A DNA stretch of 64,000 bases, from NCBI GenBank assembly GCA_020536535.1, contig JAHLWZ010000127.1, forward strand, positions 1 through 64,000, read 5' to 3'. Origin of the DNA: Pelomyxa schiedti (Eukaryota > Protista > Evosea). The notes below the pieces were generated by a model. It searched no databases. It was not told where the DNA came from and saw nothing but the letters and a program-made list of their open reading frames with translations. Shown one piece after another: positions 21,230 through 32,564 of the stretch. The position numbers and the translations under genes were made by a program. How positions within the stretch are numbered: position 1 is the stretch's first letter; each line of letters starts with the position of its first letter.

Positions 21230-23666
21230 CATAAAGACCCACTGTACTTCTGCATGCGTTGCAACACGTTTATCTCTCTCTGTGGAGGTAGTCTCAGCCG
21301 TGGCTGATATGAGAACAAAGTACATACTTGCAATTGTGTTTCGGGGTTAGAGGGTGGTAAAATGAACTCAGATTCTCCTTGTGAGTCTACCCAACCTTTT
21401 TTTTTTGGGTGGGAAAAGAAATAGAGGCACTAACCATCAATGCTACCAGTGCCAAATGCCCTCTGTTCAATGGCATTCTGTTCACGGAGATACTGATCAT
21501 GCAATTCCTTCCCCCTCTCTTTGCTGAGGGAAATGCAATGTGGAACAGGAGGAACAGAAATACTGACGATTTCGAAATTGTTTTGGCTTTTAGTTAAACA
21601 ATGGAAAAACTTACCTGTGTGGGAGAGCCTTGAAAACCTCATAAATCATTTCCATTAGAAAAACATGTGAAGGAGTTGGAATCTACTTGCTGTTGTCTGA
21701 CTGGTGAAGGAGATGAACGGAGACCTCTCTCACACTGCTCGGAATCCCTCATCCTGCGGCTTTTCAATAATGTAAAGCAAATGATATGAAACAACACCAG
21801 TTTCCTGTGTGGGTTTAGAAGTAAGATAAATACACACCAAACCGAACTATTCTGTGCACATGCACATCACCTGGGTCAGAAACTCCGTGCATCACTTTTA
21901 TGGAAATAAGGGCGTCATAGAGGGCGTCAGAGAGGCGTGCAATAAGAGCATTTTGACACTGAGCTAATGGCTGGTCCTGCTGTGGCGTTAGGTTAATAAG
22001 GACATGTATAGATGACGTTCCTGGAACAAAAAAATAATATCTGTGAGGGTTTGTTCTAATTCTTTATCACCTATATTGAGATAAGAACAGATAATAATAC
22101 ACACTATCGAGATCAACTGGCAATTAGTGGCATCTGAGAGAGAACTCTGACCATTTGTTTGCAATGAGAACGAGTGGCAATTTGATTAGGATCTTTGGAG
22201 ATCATGTAATCCAGAAATGCACTAAATTTGTATATTATCACCTTGGTAACAATATACAAATTGGGGAATAAGGAAAGGGGTGTGTGATTCAGGAAGATAC
22301 TTCATTTGCCATGATTTCCCTGTTATATTCCTGTGCAATAACATCCATTTGCTCAGTTGTGATGTCTGAAGTAGGGAAAAGCGGACTGGGGCACTCGTCT
22401 TCCTGCATAAAATGAGAACTGTAGAGTGTTAAGCATTCACCTGTGGCTCTACTTGTGTATCCCGGTGAAGCCTACAGAAAGTTGACAAAAATCGGGTAAA
22501 TACTTGTTTCCCTGACCTGGGTAAAACTGGGAGAGCATTTAAAATCCCCTGACATGTGCAGGTCAATTGAGAATCTCCATGATGATAAGTATTTTAGTTG
22601 AACTTATCAATAATACCATTAAGTGCATGTAACTTCTTCAACAGAGGCAACAGAAAACCAGCATATTGAGAAGAAGACACACTTGGAGTTTCATGAGAAA
22701 GGAATTCATCAAGTTGGGCCAGCTCAGAACGAATTAATGAGGACTCCAATGTTCTAGTGGAACTACCAGGTAACTCCAGAGTTGGAGCAAAGTGGTCGCT
22801 CCCTACTGTTTCAGCAGAGCTAAGAATAAAGATAAGCCCAAAAGTGACAGGAAAAACCTGAATGGTTTGTGTACTTGTTGTGTACATGGTGAGCTCCTTT
22901 TCGTTTGCTCTTTGGTAGAATTTCTGAAAAGCCTATTTTCTTACTTTTTTGACAATTAGAAGACATGAAGGAGTTTGAGCATGCCAAACGTGCTTTCGAG
23001 TGGATGCATGTTGGTGGAGTTTCTTTTTGCAAGGGCAAGGCTGATTCCTTCTCCATATTAAAAAAAAAATTAGCTATTTACCAGAATTTTGGGGAACAAC
23101 GACTTCAGTGATACTTTTCCTGGCTGGCTCTGCGGAGTGCCGTCCAATATTGCACTGTGTGCGGTAAATCTATCCTGGGAAGTTTTTCTTCAGAAAACAG
23201 TTCTATCAAAATAGATAGCTGTGCCTTTTGGGGGTCTTTGTACAAAGGATTTGTTAGGTCCGTCTCCTCAGAACAGATGTCATCAATCCTGCCACCTGAC
23301 AGCAACGGAGAAGTGAACTCAGTATCTTGCACACGACTCCCCGTTGTCACCTTTATTTTTCGTTTTTACTTTTCTCCCCCCCGTTACTACATACAAGGCA
23401 CAACAACCACAGCTACAATTAACATGTCCCACGGTAATCGAAAATCATGGGTGGGGCGGGCGTCCCGAGTTGACATACAACACAGGAATCAGGGAGATGG
23501 CACGCACGCCAAAACGCGGGGCCGCTGGTTCACACAGCGAGTCGTGGGTTCCTCTTGTGTCCGAGTCTCCCTCGAGCCAACTTCTCAACGCCTCACGGCT
23601 GCTTTCATCGTTGCACCCGCCGTTGCATAACGACTCGAGGTAGGTTTGCGCACACGACGACGCCAT
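21230..23666 (-). CDS. Uncharacterised multi-exon protein (boundaries approximate)
   Basis: Minus-strand exon-like ORFs 23445-23666 (MASSCAQTYLESL...), 23105-23350, 22594-22887 (VTFGLIFILSS...LDEFLSH...LKKLH) and 21430-21642, with intervening GT-AG introns. Only a weak, unverified resemblance to FNIP/DENN-type motifs. Confidence 0.5.
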
Positions 23667-23931
23667 CGACCGCTGGGTGCCACTCTCTCTAAAGCGGAAT
23701 TCAACCTGGTGTCTGTCGAAGGGGCACCTCGCCGTTCCCAGTTGTCTTCCCAATTCCTTAGGCCCCAATCTCGGTGGGGTACAGAATCTAGGTGACAGGA
23801 GTATGAGAGGAACTTGAGGACTCAGCCTGGACTTGATTAGAGGAGATCTGAATTCCGTGCATCAGACGAAACTGATTTTGGTGAACGTTGGGGGGGTTTC
23901 TTGAAGACTGAGTTACTGCGGGATTGTCGAA

Positions 23932-25019
23932 ATGGGAGATACCAACAAGCACCAATATGTACCCATTACTATTCACGAAACGTGTGCTGCATGCAAGTAT
24001 GTGTAATCCTTTTTTTTTTTTTGGAAAAGACATTGTCACACTAAAATCCTTCTTCCACTTCTTTTGTTCTTTTGGAAAATTTTGATAGGAAGGTCATTCA
24101 CAGGGTTAAAAAAGGTTCTAGCTGCTGTTACTGTTGAGAGACCTAACTTTTTTTTTTTTTTTGAAACAACTAGCAAGACAATGTTCTGGTTGGCTCCCCT
24201 TTGTTTCTCCCTGTTTTGTTTATTTGTGCAATTTGTCTTATGCCTTTCAGTATGCAAGAAAATAGTACACAAGTCGTGTGTTGATGATAACGAGCCTTGC
24301 AGCCAGACAAAGGAAGTAATTACAGGTACTTCTTTGTAATTAATTCTGTAACTGACGAGAACTTTAGATGTCGATATTTTAGCTGCTGTGCAATCCGGAT
24401 CAGGTTTTGTTTTAGTTTCATATGTACTGAGTTCTTACAACGCCAGCGTCTGTCGCCAATGCACTTTTCAGCCAAGTCGAATTTCAAAGAGGTATGTCTC
24501 TGGGAAGTTGTACACGATAACCCATAAACTTGTGTGCCTAGACGTACTTGCTGCTGCTTCGTATTCCCCTCCAACTGACATTGAATTGACCATTCATGAG
24601 AATGAGGTCCTGACAGCGTGCGGGGATCCCGACGGGGTACATTGCTTATCTAAACTCACGCACCTTCCTAACCTTGATCAAAGTTCTGGGTGTGGTGCAT
24701 CAACGCTTCCGGAAAAGAGGGCTGGGTTGATGTGGACTACATCAAAGAACTCAACTCCCCCTCACAGCCTCCTCACCAGCCACAACAAGAAAGCCAGCCA
24801 CACCAATCCGAACCCACCCCACAAACATCAACCAAGGCACACGCCACCCCATCCACAGCTCCACAACCACCACCACTACTACACCAGCCTGCCTTCCTTG
24901 CCATCCCACCCCTCCACTCTCCCCAACAGCAATCACACAACACCACAAATGATGAGCCTAGTAAGTCAACAGGGGGTGCCTCCAGTGCAGCCCCTCCTCC
25001 CTTACCACCAAGAAGCTAG
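23932..25019 (+). CDS. Small C1-SH3 adaptor with Pro-rich tail (STAC-like architecture)
   Basis: Spliced C1 domain HQYVPITIHETCAACK|KVIHRVKKGSSCCY|xCKKIVHKSCVDDNEPC. SH3 AAASYSPPTDIELTIHENEVL...WVWCINASGKEGWVDVDYIKEL. Ends PPPLPPRS*. Confidence 0.8.
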
Positions 25020-25158
25020 ATACTTTTTGTTGTGCTGTACAATCCCGAAACACAACTCTTCATTTTGACAACAAAAAAAAGACATTATTTTTATTTTCCT
25101 TCTACCACTGGGGCATTACAGTAGTGAAGGGAAAATACATCTATCTCACTGGTTATTT

Positions 25159-28100
25159 CTACTCCACCCAGACATGGAGGTTATGCTCTTGCAGTGTTGC
25201 CTGTAGGGCTGGCACTGCACCAGGGGGAAGCTTCGATCCTGTGGGCATTACCCAAGTCCTTTTGCTTGCACCATCAAATGATGAGAGGCGGGGGTACTTG
25301 GAGGCACCAAGAGAGTGGAACGGCAGTATTCGGACGTGCTTGACACCTGCTGCAGAAATGGTGGTGGCCAGTAATTCCATCTCATCGAGGGAAGTATTGA
25401 ACCCTGGAATCAATGGTATGGATACCACAAATCTTTCTGGGCCTACTGCAGATACGGCGTGAGGGAGGTTTGAGAGTATTGTCTAATGAAGGGGCAAGGT
25501 GAGTTTGGATTATGTCATGATTGATATCAAACCTTGTTGGATATGCCAGTGAATTGTTTGTGTGTTGCTTCAGTGACGCACTTGACATCAAAGTACACAA
25601 AGTCTAGTAGAGAAAATATCTCCGATACCTTGTTGTGTGGTTGGTTTCATCAAAGTGGTATGGGAGTGCATTTACTTTTCCCCACTCCACACAACCGCTA
25701 GTCTCCATTCCAACAGAAATCCCCCTCGACTTCAAACCCCGCACAACATCCAGTACAAAGCCTTTGTTGTGGAGAAATCAGTGGAAAAAAAGACTTCGTA
25801 TAGAAGTCAAAAACCTGCTTGCATGAGTGGCTCGCCACCACTCAAAGTGACCCCTCCATTCACCCCATAGAATTCATGTCTTTCCTCAGCCAACTGAATA
25901 ATCTGTACTGCGTGAGTCTTTTGACAGAGAGGTGCAATAATACCTCCATGGCTTTGATCGGTTTGCCAACTGTAGTGGCGGCGTCTGTTGGCACCGCCGG
26001 CACCATCTCTTCCACGTCAGGAAGTTGACCTTCCGGGTTGCAACACCACTTACAACGAAGGGGACACCCTTTCAGGAAAACTGTTGTGCGATTACCTGGA
26101 CCGTCTTGAACTGTATAGTCCTCAATGTTGAATATTGTGCCAGTGGAAGAGGGACTGAATATTGAGGCCTGTGCATGACTCTGGAGATGGTCAAAAAAAA
26201 AAAAAAAATTACATGAAAAAAACCTTTGGAGGCGGGAGTAGAAACACGTCACCTTGTGGAAAAGCTGTTACCTTTCTCTCTGGGATTGTTGCTGTAACGT
26301 CACTGAGGTTGTGTTCAGTTCTTTGGATGACTTCATCTTGTATTGATCTGGAACCAGGGTAATTTACCTAAAAAATGACTTGGACTTATACCGAGCAAGT
26401 TCAACAAAAAAGGCAGAAAAGCCAGCAACGCGAACTATCAAGTGGCGATAACTTGGTCGAAGATTAGTGAGTCTTATTTTTAAAAATAAGATACATACTT
26501 CTCTGGATGTAGCTGAGCCTCCCTGCACCTCTGATTAGTCTTTCATGTGAAGAGAGAAAGAAAAACTTTAGAACCTGAGCAGCTTGGAATCTACAACATT
26601 GAACTGAAGCTGGAATCCATTTCGCTGAAAGTATGTCCTTATGAGATCAAGCAACTTACGCGACCCTTGTGGCCCACTCAAGGCTGATGGATGGAATTTC
26701 ATGTTATGAAGTCCACCTCTTGTGTTGGTTGTTGGTTTTGTTTTAAGAACCCAAGCAATGATAAGGAATAAAACCTTATTTGCGTATGGTCTACTTTTGC
26801 AGCAGAGAGCAACACAGCATATGGCCCTAGACTATGTTAGTCCTCTACATTTTAGTGCCAATTATCAACCACAGGCATCCGTTCCAGGCGCTGGGCTGGT
26901 AACCCCATCACATAGGATATCACCAGATTTGCGCCCATCGGGTGTTGCAAGGCAAGCTTTCCCAAATGGTGCATGTGTACTAATGGCTGAGAGACGGTGA
27001 GGTAGAAAGAGTTATGGAACCCATATTACCAAGCATAGACGGGTCATAACGCTCCCCAAGAAAGTTTACCCCTTGAGAGACAATACTGCAATAGGCCGAA
27101 AAGAGCTCAGTAAAAAGACTATCGACACTGTTGTTATTATTACCCCACTTTGGAGCTCTTTTGCACTCTAGAGGTGATAAGGTTTTCATCATTGAGGTAT
27201 GCACATACCCTCGAGTAAGTCTTCATACCCCTTCCAGTTTGCCATCAAAGCATTTCTAAGTGTTTCCATCGAATCAAGCTGCTTATTTATTAGATTCCAG
27301 GTAACCATAGTTATTCTCAACCTTGGAACCAAGCAGGAATTTGATTGCGGCAAGGGAGTTCACAACGTTGACCATACCAGATGACAAAGTAGTTGGAGTT
27401 CCATTCCAAAGTGCACCACCATCATCAAGGGATAACCCTGTGTGAAGATTATCCTTTGTTATGAAGAGATCACAGGGTTGTACCGCGCCCAATACAATCT
27501 CTAGTCAATACAGAACAAAATACTAAATTGCAAGTTTGCCTATGTGCTGCCATTACGTAGTTCCAATACTTTTGCCAGTTCCCAATTGCTGTCAATAATG
27601 AGCACGAAATTGGCACCAGACATTTGGGCAGGCACCATCTGTCATATGTTTAACATAAGCTGCCATAAGTTCCTCCAAAGTCCGCGGTACCGGGGTCTGA
27701 GTAAATTCGATTCCTTTTTTTTTCCGCATCCTTCAGAGAAAAAGAACGCGGGTGGTAATGTACCTGTACGTGGGTCCTTTCCACCATATAGAGCAAGTTC
27801 AAACAATTTCATGTGATTAACGAACCCTGGCTGTACAATGCCGTAACTCATTCCCCCAAGGGTTGGTTCGGTGCATCCCCCTATGTTCAATTAGGGGGAG
27901 AGGAAAAGGTGCCTTGCCGCTTACCCATGGAGGCATATTTTCGGATCACTTGAAGGGGTTGCTTACTTCTTTCCAATTCGTGTTGTATGTATACCTTGCC
28001 AAGAAGTGAGTTGTCAATAATAGAAATACGGTTCTACAGGCAGGTTGAAGAATGCAGGAAAGCCTACGCCAGTTTTCACACACTCAACAGCTTTCATTAA

Positions 28101-29919
28101 GAACCTATGTTGTAGTTGAGGTGTATACCTATGAAAAAGTTAGGAGAAGATAGAGATTAGCAGAGTCCGCACCACAAGGACAGCGTTGGCTGAGTTGTTC
28201 TACAGTTTATTGCCGATTGAATCACCAGCATGGAGAGTTCACTGTCCGCTGGGCTAAAGCAGCAGAAAATTAATGATAGTGGAGTACAATAAAAAGTATT
28301 GGGAACCTTCCATCCTCGTCGACACCACCAAGCATCATATTCTGGAATAAATTTCCACTTCCTAGACCCTCCCAAGAAAATGAGGCAACATATTCTACCA
28401 TTGTCATCTTCATTCGCAGTGCCTCAAGTAATTCCAGTGCACATTCTTCGGTCAATGAGCCGCTCTCCCACTCGGGCATGAAGTAGGGATACATATCTGT
28501 GGGACACCACAATTAGCTATTGTCACTATCTTTGGGTAGTAAAATACAATAATCAAAACGCCCAGGACTATATCCGAGGTGTGCACCCTCCAAGTGACCA
28601 GCCAAGTACACGAACCAGAATGACTGGACTGAGAGGATATTACAAGAAAGGGAAAAAAAAAACGGAAAGAAAGTACCAGCTTCGTGGAAATTACGAGGCG
28701 GATTTGCCGGAACCCAAGAACACCTTTCAGCAATGGCTGTTAGCATTTCTGCCAATCTGGGATCCTCGGTTACGGAGGCCAATCGTTGTGCTTCGCGTTG
28801 GTAATTGGATACCCATGAGAGAACTCCTCTTAGAACTCGTATTCCTGCCCGCCAGAAATAGACCTAATAAATTAAGAAATGTTGTTTAAACTGGTGATAG
28901 TACCTGCTCCATACTTCTGCAGCCAGTTGGTATGAAATTCTGTGACGCACTTAAGGCAGAGAAGGAATAACGGTAAAAAGTACTGCGATTTTGTCTTCCA
29001 TCTCAGCAATAATTGCATTGAAGCCTTTTCTTAAAGCCGTCTCGTAGTCAAGAACAAATCTACCCTCTGGTGCGGGGTCATGAGCTGCGGTGTAGAGTAC
29101 AGCTTTCCATCCATTAGTTATATACGCCGCTTTCTGGTGAAAGATGGAAAAAAGATAAAAGAGTAAGCAGTCGATATGGGAAAATAAGGGGACACACAGG
29201 GAAACACGTCATCCAAATTTTGTCCCCCAAGCTTTGCATGCATTTGTCTGAAAAGTATTGGGCAGTCTCCTTCAAGGCATCCACATCTTTCACAGGGAGC
29301 AAGAATTTCTTTCCAAACATGACGTACTGCGAGGAGGAGGAGAGGTCTTTGCTGATTTGTATGCCACCACCGCTTCCCACCTCTGTAACTTCATCTTGAC
29401 TTTCTGCCACAACTTGTAGGGAACCCAGCTCCCTACCGTCGTAAATTACAACTCAATGCGCACGAAATAGAACCTTAAAATATAGCTCGAAGCGTAGTTG
29501 CAATAAGGTACAGCACCACGTGGGTAGCGTGTTTTCTGCCCCACAATCGGCTCCCCTGTAGAGGGTTTTAGAGGGAAAAAAAAAATTCTGAGCCCATTTA
29601 CCCAAATTGATCACTGGAGTGAGATGTTCCATGGCGTAGGCGTGGCATTCCGCTCTGCTTGGGGGTGGTCAGAGAACGAATGAATTAGCATAGCTCCGCA
29701 GAAATTTCTTTACCATTCAATCGGAGACAAGGTCCCACACACAGCCTTGTGTGCGGCCATGTAGTTTGTGATGTACTCCACGTCAACAACCAACGGAGAA
29801 CTGACGTACCTGCCAAACATCTCCCTTATCGCCGCCGTAGATCCAGTAGCGATCTCCTGTGTGCTCACACATCTCGCCTTCCTCCCAGTTCCACGTGTAA
29901 CGTCACTCGTGTCTGCCAT
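25159..29919 (-). CDS. Glycyl-radical enzyme (HPAD/arylacetate decarboxylase clade) fused in frame to its radical-SAM activating enzyme
   Basis: GRE part: [64 protein letters not shown] (Cys 27873-27875), [30 protein letters not shown] (Gly 26421-26423), [11 protein letters not shown]. After a phase-0 intron (26181-26271) it continues into activase [48 protein letters not shown] and IPLIPGFN...[12 protein letters not shown]. Confidence 0.9.
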
Positions 29920-30182
29920 CGATGTAGTTTTTATTTTTTTTAGTGTTTTTGGTTTCAGCTCGTTTAACTTGTTGGATCTCTCACCGGAATGGACAAAAAG
30001 AAAAGGTCCCTCGATTTTTGAGGTTCCAGACAGTTCCACCAACCTTTTTGGGGTGTATTTGTGCTGAATAATAATGCAACAGCAGATAAATGTTTGAACA
30101 TCAACGTTGTATTCCAGTAACAGAACTGGCGAAACATCACCTGGTTGGTGACTATGTTGCAGTAGCCATCACGATAGTGCTC

Positions 30183-32564
30183 CTATCCTCTGGAAATGTG
30201 CCTGCCTGGGAAGTCCAATGGGGACAATAAGCCTATCACAGTGTGTAACAGTGTGGCTGGTAGTGATCCAAGAGTGGAGGTCACCAGTCTATCTTTTTCT
30301 ACCAGTGCAGAAACAGGTGTTTGCTCAGTCCTGGCCAATCGATTCCAGCACAGAATTACGGTTTTGAGAACGACCAGGAACCACTTGGGGAAAAACTGCC
30401 TATCAGCAGGGCTCCATGTGGCTGGACTTGTGAGGTGATGCAGGCATTTTGGCAAAATAAGAAAATCCTGGGGCAGTGTGGCGCCATGACACCAAAGCAA
30501 CTTGACCACTTTGGAATTGCCTGCAGACAGAGCCTCTATTAGTGTGTCCTTGTCAAATTGTGCCCCAAATTCAAGAAGAAGGGATATGGCCTGGAAGGAG
30601 TCAGTGGTTCTGACAAAGTACTTCAGCAATGGTAAGGAAACTGGGAGGTTTGGGTCAGCACCCATTTCCAGCAGCATTCGGGCACAAGGTAAACTATGTT
30701 GACTTCTACAGCACAGGCCAAGTGGGGTGAAATAGTCTCTTGTATCAAATGACTGAGAGCCTTCATTTAACTGACAGTCAAGGGTCAACCCATGATTGGC
30801 AAGGAGTTCCCCCACAAGAGGCTTGTTTCCAGCTTTAAGAGCATATTGGAACAGCCTGGTTTTATTGTTCACATCCACGGAAATGAAAAAGTCAACCAAA
30901 GAGTTATTGCTCAAATCAGAGAGTTCAATCAACCGATGGTGGATTTCTGAGTGGTTCTGGAGCATTGGAAGCAAGATGGACGTGAGCTCACCCCTCTTAC
31001 TTGAGATCAGTGCAGTGGATATCATAACCGAGATAAGCTCATACAAAGATATATCACTGTCACAAGCTTGTGTTATTGTGTACTCTTGGCCGCCCCTGTT
31101 TTGGTTGACCTTCTTCCATGTGATCGTTTTGGGTGCCTCCTTCCAAGTTTCGTGGTATTTGGCGGAAATAAACTCATAGAAGCTCGCCATTGCAGATGAG
31201 TCAGCCAAAGTGAATGAGGATAACTTGAGGAGGGATCCAAGCAAATATAAAATATGAATACTGTGTGGTGCACCAAAAAGAAATCTTAGGGCTTGGTGGA
31301 AGAGTTCGTCCAAGGGGGAATGGTTCAAAATCTTGTTGAAGGGAAATGGAAAAAAAGCGCGGGATAGAATCTGAAATGTGGGGCTTTCAAAGTTGGAGAA
31401 AAACCCAAGAGCCTTCAAAAGCAGATTTTCAGGGATACTGGTATTTGTAAGGCTCAGAGGTATAAGTACCAATGCGGCGCAACCAGGATGCTGGGTATCT
31501 CTGAGGCCAAATTCTACCAACTTATCTTTTGTAGAACCATCCACAATACAGAAATCTGTGAGAACACTCAAAAAGATTTTAAATAGCTCGTGGTCCATCT
31601 TAGAGAACTCGGGAAGTCTTGGTAGTAATGATTCCACCAGTCTTGCAGTGAGACTGAGGGCAACTGTGCCCTTGCCCTCTAGGGTAGACCAGAACTTAAC
31701 GGTTTGTAGGATGTATAAATTTGAAGTCCCAATGAGATTCACGACCCAGTCCGTAGCTGTTGCGGTTAGTAGCGGCAGTTCCGCACTTGTTTGCATAATG
31801 GTGGTACACAGCCCTACGCATGGGACATAGTATTCTGAACACATAGGAAGTAGCCTCTGTACAATCTCGGTGAGAGCCGTTTCGTACGGGACTAGGAATT
31901 TCCGGAAGTTTGAAAACCACAGCATGGCCCAGAAGGAGGTAAGTTGTGGTCCCCTGAAAATTGCTCCAGATGCAGAAAGGATATGAATATCAGTCACCCA
32001 GGTGTCACAAATCACCTTCCTCCACGAATCGGGAAAGTTCCTTGTGAATATATCAGGCATAAAATCATCAGCCATAAGTAGAATCGTAGGAGTCAAGTCA
32101 ATAGAGAGAGCACCCAGCAGCTCAGTATCAAAATACCCACGCTCTGACAACTGAAGCACAAATTCCAACACGAACCTGGTAGCTGAAGTACCTGAATAAG
32201 ACAGGACAGCATCACGTGCCAGCAAAGCCAATTTCCTGGAATCATCCCCCTTTCTGCTATTAGTGCCTCCAGTCTTATTTACAATTATCCACTTTTCCAC
32301 ATCCACAACAATTCTCTCTCCATTGCTGATTCCACAATCATCATCAGGAGCAGAACAACAACAAATACTACTGGGACTCAGTTTTTCAAGTGCATGAAGA
32401 TAATTGGTCATAGTTTCGGTATAAATTGACCTCAGAAGGGCCGGGAGTGCCCGCATTGTGGGATGAGCGCGCCCCACAGCATCCAGAGCCTCGAATGCAG
32501 TTGGACATTTGATTTGGTCAAGGGCTCGTAAAAGTGTTCTTCTATGAGCAGGCTCCATCTCCAA
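30183..32564 (-). CDS. Intronless 793-aa protein with helical N-terminal region, ankyrin repeats and a C-terminal F-box/SOCS-like motif
   Basis: Single uninterrupted ORF. Ankyrin-like LFQYALKAGNKPLVGELLANHG, FTPLGLCC...CARMLLEMGADPN and TLIEALSAGNSKVVKLLWCHGA. C-terminus TWSPADRQFFPKWF...LGSLPATLLHTVIGLL. Confidence 0.8.
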   Translation of the reverse strand: MEMEPAHRRTLLRALDQIKCPTAFEALDAVGRAHPTMRALPALLRSIYTETMTNYLHALEKLSPSSICCCSAPDDDCGISNGERIVVDVEKWIIVNKTGGTNSRKGDDSRKLALLARDAVLSYSGTSATRFVLEFVLQLSERGYFDTELLGALSIDLTPTILLMADDFMPDIFTRNFPDSWRKVICDTWVTDIHILSASGAIFRGPQLTSFWAMLWFSNFRKFLVPYETALTEIVQRLLPMCSEYYVPCVGLCTTIMQTSAELPLLTATATDWVVNLIGTSNLYILQTVKFWSTLEGKGTVALSLTARLVESLLPRLPEFSKMDHELFKIFLSVLTDFCIVDGSTKDKLVEFGLRDTQHPGCAALVLIPLSLTNTSIPENLLLKALGFFSNFESPTFQILSRAFFPFPFNKILNHSPLDELFHQALRFLFGAPHSIHILYLLGSLLKLSSFTLADSSAMASFYEFISAKYHETWKEAPKTITWKKVNQNRGGQEYTITQACDSDISLYELISVMISTALISSKRGELTSILLPMLQNHSEIHHRLIELSDLSNNSLVDFFISVDVNNKTRLFQYALKAGNKPLVGELLANHGLTLDCQLNEGSQSFDTRDYFTPLGLCCRSQHSLPCARMLLEMGADPNLPVSLPLLKYFVRTTDSFQAISLLLEFGAQFDKDTLIEALSAGNSKVVKLLWCHGATLPQDFLILPKCLHHLTSPATWSPADRQFFPKWFLVVLKTVILCWNRLARTEQTPVSALVEKDRLVTSTLGSLPATLLHTVIGLLSPLDFPGRHISRG

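Noticed and set aside
25159-29919. Pyruvate formate-lyase (pflB/pflA) call, or bacterial contamination
   Set aside because: The active site has a single Cys (GGCTEP), not the PFL Cys-Cys. The gene is split by many spliceosomal introns and flanked by eukaryotic genes.
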